Assembly: GCA_013239625.1 (NCBI GenBank)
Contig: MU053934.1
Location: 1,395,285 to 1,459,284, forward strand
Origin: Lama guanicoe
Lineage: Eukaryota
Length of the DNA: 64,000 nucleotides
Direction of reading: 5' to 3'
Below the pieces are notes generated by a model. That model had not been told where the DNA came from. It did no database searches and worked only from the letters and a program-made list of their open reading frames with translations. Numbering within the stretch: the stretch's first letter is position 1; every line of letters begins with the position of its first letter. Position numbers and translations under genes: made by a program. Positions 46,903 through 58,988 of the stretch are shown piece after piece.

Positions 46903-47930
46903 GCAGGGTCAGTTCCGCTCCCAGCATTCGTGGGGCCAGGGCAAGCGAGTAGATGGGGGCCCACATGACATGCCCAGTTCTGCTGTGAGATGGGCCCAGG
47001 CCAGGGGGACCCAAGCTTAGCATCCTTCTCCGTGAGTTCTCATCCTCCTCCAGGGCCTCTGACCAGCCACAGCCTGAAATGCCAGTCTGGAGGAGCAGTC
47101 CAGGCGCAGGCTGGGTCCCACGTGGGCTGTAGTCCCCGTTTCTTCCCTTTGGGGCCCTCTCTGATGCCCTCACTCCCCCCAACACCCTGGCTCTGGCCCA
47201 TGACTGGACTCCAGTTCCAGGAAGAAGGCCTGGCAAGCAGATGATCCCCACTGGCCAACATGGTATTTCTTCCAAGCAGATACTTGGAATTGGGCCACAG
47301 AATGAGGCTGCCATCCTAATCTGGAGTGGCTCGGGTTGTTGATGTAAACAGGGACCCGCAGATCTGTGCCCCAGCTCCTACACACCCAGGAAGCAAAATA
47401 TTTAAAAACGATCAAACCACCTACTATGACATAAAATATATTCTATTATCCTTCTTTGACACATAGATCTTCACAGCAATGAAAAGTCCAGGTTCAAAGT
47501 TAGACTCCTTGGCGATATATGGAACACGGAGGGGTCGGGGGTGCTGGGAGGGAGCCCCCAGCCTCAGCCCCCACATTTCTGTCCTCTATCCTGCATTCCA
47601 TGGTCCCCCCATGCACACATGTGGACACTCTGGCTGCATATTCGAGCTCCATACACACCCAGCATCTTCTCCTTGGCAGCCCTCTGGGCTAGGCATGCAC
47701 CCACCAAGAATGCAGTCCCCCTCGGGAGGATAAGAGCAAGAAAGGGGGGTGCAGGCACTGGAAGTGGCCTTTGGGCCATTTAGCCATGCAATTCCTGGGT
47801 CCTGAGTACCCAGAGCATGATCTAGAAGGGAAGGGGGCATGGCTGCAGCCGTCCTTGTCCCCCGGAGAAGGGGTACAGCTGGAGGAGAGCAAGAGCAAAC
47901 CCTCTAAAATGAGGACCCCTTGTGCTCATT
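46903..47930 (+). mobile_element. hAT-Tip100 element, MER115-like, interrupted by a ~420-bp unrelated insert (46976-47394)
   Basis: gtggggccagggcaagcgagtagatgggggcccacat, then after the insert aaatatttaaaa...ccaggttcaaagttagactcc...tgtggacactc...ccctctaaaatgaggaccc, collinear with the recalled MER115 consensus. Confidence 0.65.
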
Positions 47931-48523
47931 TGTTACGCATTTGCTATTTGTTGAGCCATGAAAACTTCTCTGCATTTCCCATCTGGCTGCTATTTCTCTG
48001 CAGGCTCCACCAAGAGAGGGAGATGTTTAAGTTAGTCAATCAAAATATCAAAACCCCACCCATGACCATCCTATCAATATTTTAGAAATATTTGGATGAG
48101 ACTAGAGTCCTGTTAGGAAGCCGAGGGAGATCCTGTCAGCCCTCCCAATATGCAGGACTCTGCTGGGGTTCCTGGTCTCCCCCACAGCTGGCTGGTGGTG
48201 TGACTGATTCAGGACAATGGAATGGAGTGGAAAGCACATCTGTCACTTCCAAGCCAAGGTGGTGAAGGACCTGGGGTGCCTTTCCCAGGCTGACTCTCCT
48301 TTGTCCACACAACTGGGAGAGAAATATTAGCCACTGAGATTATCTTGTTGACATCATAATGCAAGTAGCTTTCTTCACTCAGCTCTATGTCTTGGAGATC
48401 TTTACAGGTTAGCACTATTGGTTTACCTTAGTCTTTTTACCTACTGTATAATATTCCATAGCATGGATTTCTGTCATTTAATTTGCCATTTCCCTTTCGA
48501 TGGACATTTAGGTTATTTCCTAA

Positions 48524-50022
48524 TTTTTTTAACATTTGTTATTGATTTATAATCATTTTACAATGTTGTGTCAAATTCCAGTGTAGAGCACAATTTTTCA
48601 GTTATATATGAACATATACATATTCATTGTCACATTTTTTTCTCTGTGAGCTACCATAAGATCTTGTATGTATTTCCCTGTGCTATACAGTATAATCTTG
48701 TTTATCTATTCTACATTTTGAAATCCTAGTCTGTCCCTTCCCACCCCCTGCCCCTTGGCAACTACAAGTTTGTATTCTATGTCTATGAGTCTGTTTCTGT
48801 TTCATATTTATGTTTTGTTTTGTTTTGCTTTTTAGATTCTACATGTGAGCGATCTCATATGGTATTTTTCTTTCTCTTTCTGGCTTACTTCACTTAGAAT
48901 GACATTCTCCAGGAACATCCATGTTGCTGCAAATGGCGTTATGTTGTCAGTTTTTATGGCTGAGTAGTATTCCATTGTATAAATATACCACATCTTCTTT
49001 ATCCAGTCATCTGTCAATGGACATTTAGGCTGTTTCTATGTCTTGGCTATTGTAAATAGTGCTGCTGTGAACATTGGGGTGCAGGTGTCTTTTTGAAGTA
49101 GGGTTCCTTCTGGATATATGCCCAGGAGCGGGATTCCTGGGTCATATGGGAAGTCTATTCCTAGTCTTTTGAGGAATCTCCATACTGTTTTCCACAGTGG
49201 CTGCACCAAACTGCATTCCCACCAGCAGCGTAGGAGGGTTCCCTTTTCTCCATAGCCTCTCCAGTACTTCTTATTTGTGGACTTTTGAATGATGGTCATT
49301 CTGACTGGTGTGAGGTGATCCTTCATTGTAGATTTGATTTGCATTTCTCTGATAATTAGTGATACTGAGCATTTTTTCATGTGCCTATTGATCATTTGTA
49401 TATCTTCCTTGGCGAATTGCTTGTTCAGGTCTTCGGCCCATTTTTGGATTGGGTTGTTTGTTTTTTTCTTATTAAGTTATATGAGCTGCTTATATATTCT
49501 GGAGAGCAAGCCTTTGTCGGTTTCATTTGCAAAAATTTTCTCCCATTCCGTAGGTTGTCCTTTTGTTTTACTTATGGTTTCCTTTGCTGTGCAGAAGCTT
49601 GTAAGTTTAATTAGGTCCCATTTGTTTATTCTTGCTTTTATTTCTATTGCTTGGGTAGACTGTTCTAGGAGAACATTTTTGAGATGTATGTCAGATAATG
49701 TTTTGCCTATATTTTCTTCTAGGAGGTTTATTGTATCTCGTCTTATGTTTAAGTCTTTGATCCATTTTGAGTTTATTTTTGTGTATGGTGTAAGGAAGTC
49801 TTCCAGCTCCATTGATTTACATGCTGCTGTCCAGTTTTCCCAACACCACTTGCTGAACAGACTGTCTCTATTCCATTGTATATTCTTGCCTCCTTAGTCA
49901 AAGATTAGTTGACCAAAAGTTTGTGGGTTCATTTCTGGGCTGTCTATTCTGTTTCATTGGTCTATATGTCTATCTTTGTACCAATACCATGCTGTCTTGA
50001 TGCCTGTAGCTCTATAGTATTG
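48524..50022 (-). mobile_element. Young 5'-truncated L1 (~1.5 kb; ORF2 C-terminus plus 3' UTR) with perfect TSD, nested in an older L1
   Basis: TSD taggttatttcctaa at 48509-48523 and 50023-50037. ORF pieces 49477-49812, 49036-49395 and 48832-49017 share one frame and encode L1 ORF2 motifs ([16 protein letters not shown], [26 protein letters not shown]). Confidence 0.96.
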
Positions 50023-51504
50023 TAGGTTATTTCCTAATTTTAAATTTTGGGAATAATACTGTAGTGGACATCCTGACATGGTCCATACCAACCTAAGTGT
50101 CCATCAATAGATGAATGGATAAAGAAGATGTGAAATAGGTAGATAGATAGTCCATATCATTATCTCATTAAAAGCCCATAACAACCCACGAGATAGCTTA
50201 CTGTCTATGGGCTTTTACAGTGGGGAAACCAAGGCTAGCATGGTCCAAGGGACCAGCCAGGATTTGGCCCAGATCAGTCTGTCCTCAGAGCCCAGGCTTT
50301 GTTCCCTATACCAGGCTGCTTCTCCTGTCTCACCAATGGTCCCCCCTCCAAGCACCCTTTAATTAACAATGGACATCCTCCTTCTACATCTCACTTAAGT
50401 ATGAACAGATCCTTATCCCAAAGAGATTGTGGGCCTTTTGACCCAACCCCTGGCACTGAGGGTCCTCTTTGCAGAGAAAGAAAATGAAGTGGAAGGTTTC
50501 AGAAGGAATAAAATTATCTGAAAACCAGGCTGGGTTGTCTGTTTCAGGCTCACAGCCCTCCCTCTCCCTTCTGGCCTCTGCATTACAGACGAGAACCTGG
50601 GAACCACATTTTCCAGAACATCTTGCCTATACGGCCCTGGCTTAAAGGCTATCACTGAGAGGAGCTGGCATGAGTTGTGGAAGGTGGAGGCGAAGGGGAG
50701 GCATCATTCTCAAGGAGTAGCAGCTCTTGGGGACCACTGGTTTCGCTGTGACCAACCGAGATGGCCAGAAGGAGGTTCTAGAGCCCCTTAAGCATTGTGG
50801 TCAATTCTTGGCAGGCTTTTGAGAACCATCTACTGCAGTGCTTCAAGCCAGGTCAACGTCCCAGGATTTGGGGAGCAGCTCCTCTGACCTCTGACCCCCC
50901 AGCTCTTCCAGCCATTACCTAGGCACCTGATTCTGTCATAAACCCGCACATCCTGGACGCATAGAGAGGCTTCTGTTTTCCTGATCAAACTCAGACCAAT
51001 ATAAAAGTTAATGTCCACAAAGAACATTGACTTTTGACTGGACTACTGGTTTATGAGAAGTGTTGAAATGTTAGAAAGAGATTTCTTTAGGTTTCGTTAA
51101 TTTCCCAGAAGGGCTATGATCTAGAAATGAGCTGAATAAGTAACTCATGTCAAAAAGGGTGCTGAGCTTGGGGGACAGACTTGTAAGTGGCCCTCACAGG
51201 TGGGCCAGTGGTGGCCCACGACTGTGTTTCCTCTGACCAGGACTGTCTCTGGACCATCTTGTCTTTGGGATCTCATTCGGGGGAGTTGGAGAGAAGGCAG
51301 GAGAGGGGAGGGGAGGGATGAAGGCATGGAGAGACGTGCCCTGACCAGCCAGCTGACCTCCACGTGGCTCTCACACTGGTTTGGCCCGGGAGGCCCTGAC
51401 AACAGGCTGTGTCTTATACAAACAAGCATCCAAAGCCCCCGAGAACCATTCCTTCCATCCCTAGAAGACATGGCAAGCCAAAAAAAAAAGCCCTAAAACA
51501 TCCA

Positions 51505-51660
51505 CATCAAATCCCTGAAACCCATTAGCATTAACATATCTGGGGAAAAAAAAAGCCTTTGCAGATGCTACTAAGTCCTTGAGAAGAGGAGTGTATCCTG
51601 GATTATCCTGGTGGGTCCTAAATCCAACAAGTGTCCTTAGAAGAGAGAGGCAGAGGGGCA
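51505..51660 (+). mobile_element. MaLR LTR fragment (MLT1C/D/E-like)
   Basis: ctttgcagatg...atcctggattatcctggtgggtcctaaatcc...gtgtccttagaagagagaggcagagg. Confidence 0.65.
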
Positions 51661-51929
51661 GTTTCGCAGTACCAAGGACCTAGAGCCGGGAGGCACTGCA
51701 GGAGGCTACATCATCTGATTAGATGGTTGGAGGGCTGTAACTTAGGTGAGAAGGAACTGTGACATCTACTGACCAGATGTCGTGGCCCCTTCCCCACAAG
51801 CGTGGTCTCTCCTCTCAGTAGGCTGTGCACCCAGCGGAGCAGTTTCCCTCAAAGGCATGGGGACAAGATGGGTGGGAACTGAGGTAGTCCAGGTCATTAA
51901 CATGAGTGGCTCTGCTCTGGACTCACACA

Positions 51930-52370
51930 CTTCTTAGGCTGGGCTCACTGGAAACCAGCGCTGAGACCGAGATGTGTCTGAAGGCTGTTTCTTGGGGAGA
52001 ACTTTCAGGAAAAGCACCTGTAAGAAAATACAGGTTGCAGGACTGGGCAGAGGGAAAAGTTGGGCTCAGGTGCAGTGATTACAAAAGCTCAGGTGCTCCT
52101 ATGAACTGCTACAGAGCTGGGATGGGCTTTTCAAAGTTGTCCCAAATTATATCCATACATGGACCAGTCACTACATACTGGTGGCTCCTGGCGGGGGGAG
52201 GGAGGGAAGGAGATTACCTGGAACAAATTCACTCTATTTAGCCGAGTGCAATGCCTAGAAAGGGACTCAGCTGTGAGCCATCAGCAGACTCCGATCCTCA
52301 CAGCTGAGGGAGAGAATTTGGGTGCTCGAGCCTGAAGGGGAGATTTGGGTAGCAAACCACAGGTCCACTG
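51930..52370 (-). mobile_element. ERVL LTR remnant (LTR16-like)
   Basis: taggctgggctcactggaaaccagcgctgagac...gcaggactgggcagagggaaaagttggg blocks. Confidence 0.55.
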
Positions 52371-52814
52371 CATATGTGCCTCACCACCAACATTTGATAG
52401 AAAACGATGTCTGAAGCACTTAGTAAGAAGCCACGGTAAGAATATTATGGATGCTTTGATCATAGGATGAACATCCCTGGGATTTAATAAGATTCCAATG
52501 TTGGAATAAGCCCTAGAGTTCATTTGATCTAGAGATGACAGACGAGTTGCATTTATACTCTTCCAAGCCTGGACCTTGGCAGACATCACTAATCAATCAC
52601 AGCCTTTTTTCTTTGAAGAGCCCAATGGATGTGGCCTCCACGTGCCTTTCAACAGGACCCTCCGGCAGCCAGATCCAATCAAGGACATTGACCAGCAAGA
52701 CGGAACCTACTCCCCTCCTTTTCCAGAGGACGCACTGCCCAGAGGAGTGGCTTACTCTCCAGCCTGCAGTGGGCTAGGGGCAGAGCTGGGTGGGAACCAG
52801 CGGGGCGCCTCCTC

Positions 52815-53047
52815 CAGGGCTCCACTACCCCTGGGCTCCACACCAGGAGGTTTCACCCCCCAAGGCTCCACCCACCAGGACTCCACCAACCAGGGTTCCC
52901 CCTCAGGGCTCCACCCCCTCAGGGCTCCACCCCCAGGGCTCCACCCCCTCAGGGCTCCACCCCCAAGGGGGGTCCCCCCAGGACTCCACCCCCTCAGGGC
53001 TCCACCCCCAGGGCTCCACCCACTCAGGGCTCCATGCTCCAGGGCTT
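52815..53047. repeat. GC-rich minisatellite, 14-16-bp unit CAGGGCTCCACCCC(CT), about 15 imperfect copies
   Basis: Repeated cagggctccaccccct / cagggctccacccc read directly; explains the repetitive ORFs (GLHPLRAPPP, WSPEGVEPW). Confidence 0.95.
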
Positions 53048-53977
53048 CTTCCAGCAGTGTGTGTCTCCCTGGGCATTTGCCAAGATGGCAACCGCTGTTG
53101 GGCGCACAGCAGGCACCCAGCTCCCTCTCCCTGTTGAATCCGTCTCACGGAGCCAGGCCAGAGCAGCAGGGACAAGACCTCACATCCTCTCCTCTGACAG
53201 CCCTGCGAGCCCGGTGGCGGGGCGAGGGGGTGGGGGGCGGTGCGGGTCTGCGCCCGGTGCTGATTTCCATCATCCTCTCAGCGGGTTAGCAAGGACTTAG
53301 AGTAATCTGCGGCCCCGGCGCCAGGAGGCCTTCATTAAGCATTATGGGATAATCCTGATTGTATCAAGGACTGTCCCTGACTTGGGAGAAAAGTAATTCA
53401 CATGCTCAAAAACGGAAGAGGCAGAGAACCCCCAAAGAAGTTGTCATCATTATGCTATTTTTAATCCTCTGTGACAGTTGGAGATTGCAGCCAGGTGTGG
53501 GGCTCAGCATCCCCTCGCAGAACGCCAGGCCCTGGAAGAGGGTTAGAGAGTGGGGAGTACACCCCTTGGTTCTACAACTGGGGCGTCCCAGAGCCGACGA
53601 GTGACAAGCCCAAGGACACCCACCGAGCCCCCCACCCAACCCAGGACTATTGGCATGCGGGCCAGGGCTTTTGCTGCCACACTCTGCTGCCTCCCAACAG
53701 GGACCACAGCGCGACACCTGGCGACCAGGTGATGGCACCAGCTGGTTTGCCCCAGCAGCAGAGCTGACGCTAGGAGCTCTGTCTCCCTCTCGTGGCCAGA
53801 CCAGAGATGTGGCCAGAAAGATGCAGTCCAAGGTACCCTGGAGAGGGGAAGCCAACAGGGGTAGGGAGACACAGACCAGCCTCACTCTGCATCCTGAGTC
53901 ACAGTGGGTTCCCTCTTTAGAGTCTCTTGGCCCAGTTTTCACCCCCATAATAATAACAGAAGGGACTTCAAACACCA

Positions 53978-54564
53978 TGATGGGTTGAATTGTGTCCCCA
54001 CAAAAATTCGTATAGTGAAGCCCTAACCCCTAGTAATTCAGAATGTGAATATTTAGAGATAGTGCCTCTATAGAGGTGACTAGGTTAAAATGGGGTCATT
54101 AGGGACAGCCCTAATCCCAACCGACTGGTGTCCTTATAATAAGAAGGGATTATACTGTATAGCACAGGGAATTCAATGGCTTGTCGTAACCTGTAATGAA
54201 AAAGAATATGTATATATGTATATGTATAACTGAATCACTATGCTGTGCACCAGAAACTAATGCAACATTGTTAAGTCAAAAAATGTTTTTAATAAAGGGA
54301 GGAACAAATACATGAAGAAGAAGAAAGGGGAGGGGGAGGAGGAGGAGGAATTAGGGGCACAGACAGGCACGAAAGGAAGACCATGTGAAGGCACAGGGAG
54401 AAGACGGCCATCCACCAGCCAAGGAGAGAGGCCTCAGGAGACACCACGCTTGCTGACACCTTGATCTCAGACTTCCAGCCCCCAGAACTGTGAGGAAATA
54501 AACTTCTGCTGTTTGGGCCACCCAGTCTGTGGTCCTTTGTGACAGCAGCCCTAGCAAACTAATA
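53978..54564 (+). mobile_element. MaLR solo LTR (MLT1B-like), interrupted by an L1 3' tail at about 54150-54300
   Basis: tgatgggttgaattgtgtcccc start; ccaaggagagaggcctcaggaga...cttccagcccccagaactgtgaggaaataaa...gcagccctagcaaactaata end; insert contains tactgtatagcacaggg...ctgaatcactatgctgtgcaccagaaac. Confidence 0.85.
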
Positions 54565-55664
54565 AAGACCCCTGTCTTCCTCCCTCCTCTGGCCCCTGTA
54601 TCTGCTTCCTCTTCCCTCCCCACCTATTTGAGTCTCTTTCCTTCTCCATCTCTGAAGATAACCCCTTGATCATTCATTCTACAAATGTTTCCTGAGCACA
54701 ATTGTGGACTAGATCCTGGAGAGAGAGAAATGAATAAGAATTTGAATTCATTCAACAAACATTCACCAAGAACCTATTAATTACCAGGGTCTGTTCCGGG
54801 CATTGGGATACAATGATATTCAAGACGGGCACCATCCTGCACACAAGGAGCAGATTATCTGGTGGAGGAGACTGACGTACAAATATCTACCATGTCCTCC
54901 ACCAAGTTCTAGGTGCAAATGCTATATGGAGATGCACTGAGTGCCCAGCGGCTCAGAAGAGGAAGTAACAGACTCCCGGGACAGTGGAGAGGAAAGGGCC
55001 CAGGAAGCCAGGAGGGAGAGGTGATGCTTGCGCTAAGCCTGGAAGGATGAGGAGGAATTCTCTCTCCCTCTTGTTCTCCAGAAAGGCATCCATCCCCAGG
55101 CAGCACTCAATGGATATTTGCTGGCCACATGAGCAAAGAAATTAAAGGGCGGGTGTCTAGCTGGACAGAGGGAAGGGCTGGGTTAGGGTGGGGAGTAGCA
55201 AGGGATGGGGAGGCAGTGACAGAAAGAAGACAAAGAAAAGAAGCTTGCCCCAGAGCTATTAGCCCTCCCCACGCCGACATCTGTTCGGATCTGAAACTTA
55301 ATTATGGTACTTGGATGTTTTATTTTCCATCCTGCTTAATAATTACAACAGAACCCAAAGTGTGAGAGAACACTGCATCATCATAAAGTGAGATTTAATT
55401 ATTCTCCCAACTCGTTAGAATTAACAGGCTTTTGGAGAAAACACATGCTTCCATGAGCCAATTGGCTAAGCAGGTGTCTCCCTCCAGATTCCTCCAGTCC
55501 CTCGGAGGCAGGGCGCAGAGGGCAGAGGTGGAGATGGCGGCTTCTCCCTGGTACACGCAGGTGTGTGCACGCAGGGGCACAGCGACGCTGGGCTACGCAC
55601 CCATGAAAGCAGTCTGGCCATTCCTCCTGGGTTTGGAGCATCCGCGGCAGTCAGGACTGTGGAT

Positions 55665-56220
55665 TTATTCATTCAGCAGAGATGTACAGAGTGCCTAGGC
55701 ATCGACTGTCCTAGGCAAGGTGAGCAAGGCGGGCCAGATCCCTCCTCGAACACTGATTATACTCTGGCCGGGGAGACCAGACTTAAACAAGTGGAATATC
55801 AGATAATGAGGAGTTCTGTGCAGAGAATTTAAATCAGGTGCTGTCTGAGGAGAGGGGCCAGATGGCTACTTGGACCAGGTGGCCCAAGACAGGGTCACTG
55901 AGGAGGTGACACTTAAATTGAGGTCTGAATGAAAAAAGAGGTAGCCACCCAAAAGTGGGCTCAGGGAAGAGCAACCATAAAGATCCCAGGGTGGGAGTGA
56001 GGGGCAGACAGCAAGAGGGAGGGCGAGAAGGATGTGCTGAGGTGGGAACACACAGTGGGGAGGAATCTCATAGATCAGAGGAAGGAATTGGATTTTGTTT
56101 TAAGGGCAAAGGGAAACTATTGAAGGGTCTTAAGGGATGGGCGGGACCATAAACTATTTTTGATTTTAAAATATCACTCTGGCTGCTATGTGGAGACTGG
56201 ATGGAAGCTTGGAGGACGGG
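55665..56220 (-). mobile_element. L2 LINE 3' fragment (a further piece at about 54670-55060)
   Basis: ttattcattcagcagagatgtacagagtgccta, ctgaggaggtgacacttaaattgaggtctgaatga and atcactctggctgctatgtggaga blocks. Confidence 0.75.
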
Positions 56221-56540
56221 GAGGGGACCTCTGCAGCCAAGATGACGTTGGTACCATAGTGTCTGTCCTGCCCCCCAAAATTACTCCTGGTCTCTTAGCA
56301 CCCCACATCCCCAGTCACATCTCAATTTGTCCAGTGCTCTGCAGCTTAGAAGGTACTTTCACATGATCATGACATTTGATTGTGATCCTCATAACAAATG
56401 CAAGAGACAATACTGTCACCCCCACCTCACAGAGGAGGAGACCGGGGCTCAGAAAGTTTAAGTGATCTGCCCACAGTCACACAGCCAGTTAGTGGCAGCG
56501 TTAGGGACTGAAAGAATATCACTGCCTGATGAGAAAGATG

Positions 56541-56544
<4 letters not shown>

Positions 56545-56583
<39 letters not shown>
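56545..56583. repeat. (AC)19 microsatellite
   Basis: Perfect dinucleotide run. Confidence 0.98.
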
Positions 56584-56584
<1 letters not shown>

Positions 56585-57629
56585 CTTTGAGAGAGTGATA
56601 TCTGGCCAGTGGCAGGTGTTCTGGACAAAAGGCCAAGACTTTTACAGCCTAATGACTTCTGGCCCACATCCTTCAAAGAAGTGCCTAGTGTGACCACTCA
56701 TTAGAACAAGGTGCTTGGTGTTCAGGGCACTTCTGGAATCAGGGCAGGAGGGCAGATGGGCAACGGCTTGGGAATCAAACGTCCTCAAATGGGATTCCAA
56801 CTCGGCTGCTTCCTGGCTGGGCCACCTGGACCCTCTGTCTCCTCAATTACACATGAAATTAACCCGGCTTTGAAGGTGGTTGCAGGGCCCAGGGCACTTT
56901 TCTCTGAATCGTCTCTGTGGGGGAAATCTTTCTCATGTGGGTTAGGTTGGATATTTTGAAACATCCCAAGATGTTGGTGGCTACGGGCATAGGGACCGTG
57001 AGGACACATTGAAGCCCAAACATTTGCTCGTTTGCAGCTCAGGGCCTGGCTGGCCCTGTCTCTGCTCCTTTCGGCCTGGGCGACCCCGCAGCTCCATTTT
57101 GGCCCCGGCCCAGGCAACACCACCACCTAGTGGCGCCTCTCTCCTCCCTCCAGGATGGGTGAAGAGCCCAGTAGACAGTGAGGCTTCGCACACGAATCAC
57201 CTGGGCAGATTCTAACTCAGTAGGTGGAGGATGGGGCCTGAGGCTCAGCATTTCTAAGGCGCTCCCAGGAGAGGCTGGCACTGGTGGTGCTCAGACCCCA
57301 GTCTGAGTGGCAAGGAAAATGCTATTCCTGAGCGGTGCTGACCAGCGGCAAACCAGCGGAGGCTCACCCAGGAGGCTGGTAGGTTGTCAGTGGCCCCCAT
57401 GGGCCCTGCCTGCCAGTGGTCTGAACAGAAGAAGTGGAGTCGGACTGGGCTATGCATAAGGTAACGCTTTCTGGTATTACCTGAAAATGCTCCTATGGAG
57501 AGAGTGCCCACAAGCACCGGACACAGGCCAGGTGCTCGGGGAGCTCACCGCCTGCGGTCCGGCCATGGTTGCGGGGCGCTAAAACCAGTTTCTTTCCTCT
57601 CTTAGCAATGGTGACTATTTCCAGAAAGC

Positions 57630-57643
57630 CCAGCAGGGGGCAG
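57630..57643 (+). promoter_or_regulatory. Candidate CTCF site
   Basis: CCAGCAGGGGGCAG is a 14/14 match to the core CCASYAGRKGGCRS. Motif only; occupancy unknown. Confidence 0.45.
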
Positions 57644-58226
57644 GAGAGGGACAGTATCGCAGAAAAGGCACCGGATTCAGAGTTCAAAGACCAAACTTCT
57701 AATCCTGGCTGTGTTACCAGTTTGCATGACCACAGGCAAACGAATCTGCCTTCCTAGGCCTCAATTTTTGCATTAAAAAAAAGGTGAGGGGAAGTACTGC
57801 TGGCTGAGATCATCTCTAAGAAATTTCCAGTAATAAAATTTCAAGATTCGCAATAGACTGTAGACGTAGCAGTTAGGCACACAGGCAGCTTGACTGCCTG
57901 GGTTTGCCGCTGCCAATCACTAGCTCTGTGACACTGAGCAAGTTACTTAACCTCTCTGTGCCTCAGTTTCCTCATCTGCAGGAAAAGGAATAAGAATAGT
58001 ATGTACTTCATAAGGTTCTTGAAAAGAGTAAGTAAACTGATAGGTAAAACACTATCTGGCCCTTTCTAAGTGCCATGTGAACACTCGCTCCTATTATAAT
58101 GTGAGGTGCTCTTCAGTCCTTCGAAAACCTCATTAAGCCAGGCAGACGGAGAGGAATTCTAAAATGGTGAAGATTCAAAATTAGAAATACTTTAAAAGCA
58201 AGGCAGGTTTAAAGCGCCAGGCATCC

Positions 58227-58450
58227 TAGATAAACAACAAGGTCCTACTGTAGAGCGCAGGGAACTATATTCAAAACCTCATAAAAGCCTATAATGAAAA
58301 AGACTATAAAAATAATATGTATGTGTGTGTAACACATGAATCACTATGCTGCATACCAGAAATTAACACAACATTGTAAATTGACTATACTTCAATAAAA
58401 ATAAATAAATGAATGAACATGAATAAATTGTAAAAAATAAGAAAAAAATT
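58227..58450 (+). mobile_element. L1 3' UTR tail
   Basis: tagataaacaacaaggtcctactgtagagcgcagggaactatattc...attgactatacttcaataaaa plus A-rich tail. Confidence 0.85.
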
Positions 58451-58559
58451 TTTTAAGTGCCAGCATGCTTTCCCTGCCCCTTTTTTTCTGGCCACAAAGC
58501 AGCTTTCCAGAGGAAATTCTCAACAAATCTCCCTACACTCACTTTTCTAAAAGTCTCCA

Positions 58560-58988
58560 GATGAGCCAGGTTTGGCCAATCAGAACTCTCCATCTCCAGG
58601 CTCAGTGATTGGTTCAGGAATGGGCACATGACCCAGGCTAAGCCAATCAAAGGAATTTCTGGGGCTTTTGCCAGAGATACTGGGAGAGACACCATCTTTT
58701 TTCTCCCAGGACCCATAACAGTGACAGAATAAAATTCTGGAGCTGCCTGGACCATCAGAGCTGCTACAGAAGAGAATCTGCCTGAGAATGGGGCCAATTT
58801 AGAAGAAATCTGAGCCAAAAGATAGACCAGAGAGTTCTGAGAGCATCGTTTGAATTCCTGATCCGGGCACTCCTGACTCCAGACACCCAAACTTCTGAGC
58901 TACACACGCCAATCGTTTCTTTTTTATTTCTTAAGCTGGATTTTGTTGGTTTCATCTGAAATTTTACTAAAGAGTCCTGTGACTGGTA
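58560..58988 (+). mobile_element. Old MaLR LTR (MLT1J/K/L-like)
   Basis: cagtgattggttcaggaatgggcacatgacccaggctaagccaatca block; aaagagtcctgtgact end. Confidence 0.7.

Noticed and set aside
52815..53047. CRISPR-like array
   Set aside because: Units are contiguous with no unique spacers; the context is mammalian with no cas genes.
52576..53289. 237-aa proline-rich ORF
   Set aside because: Openness is due to the stop-free GC-rich minisatellite; no ATG start and no domain.
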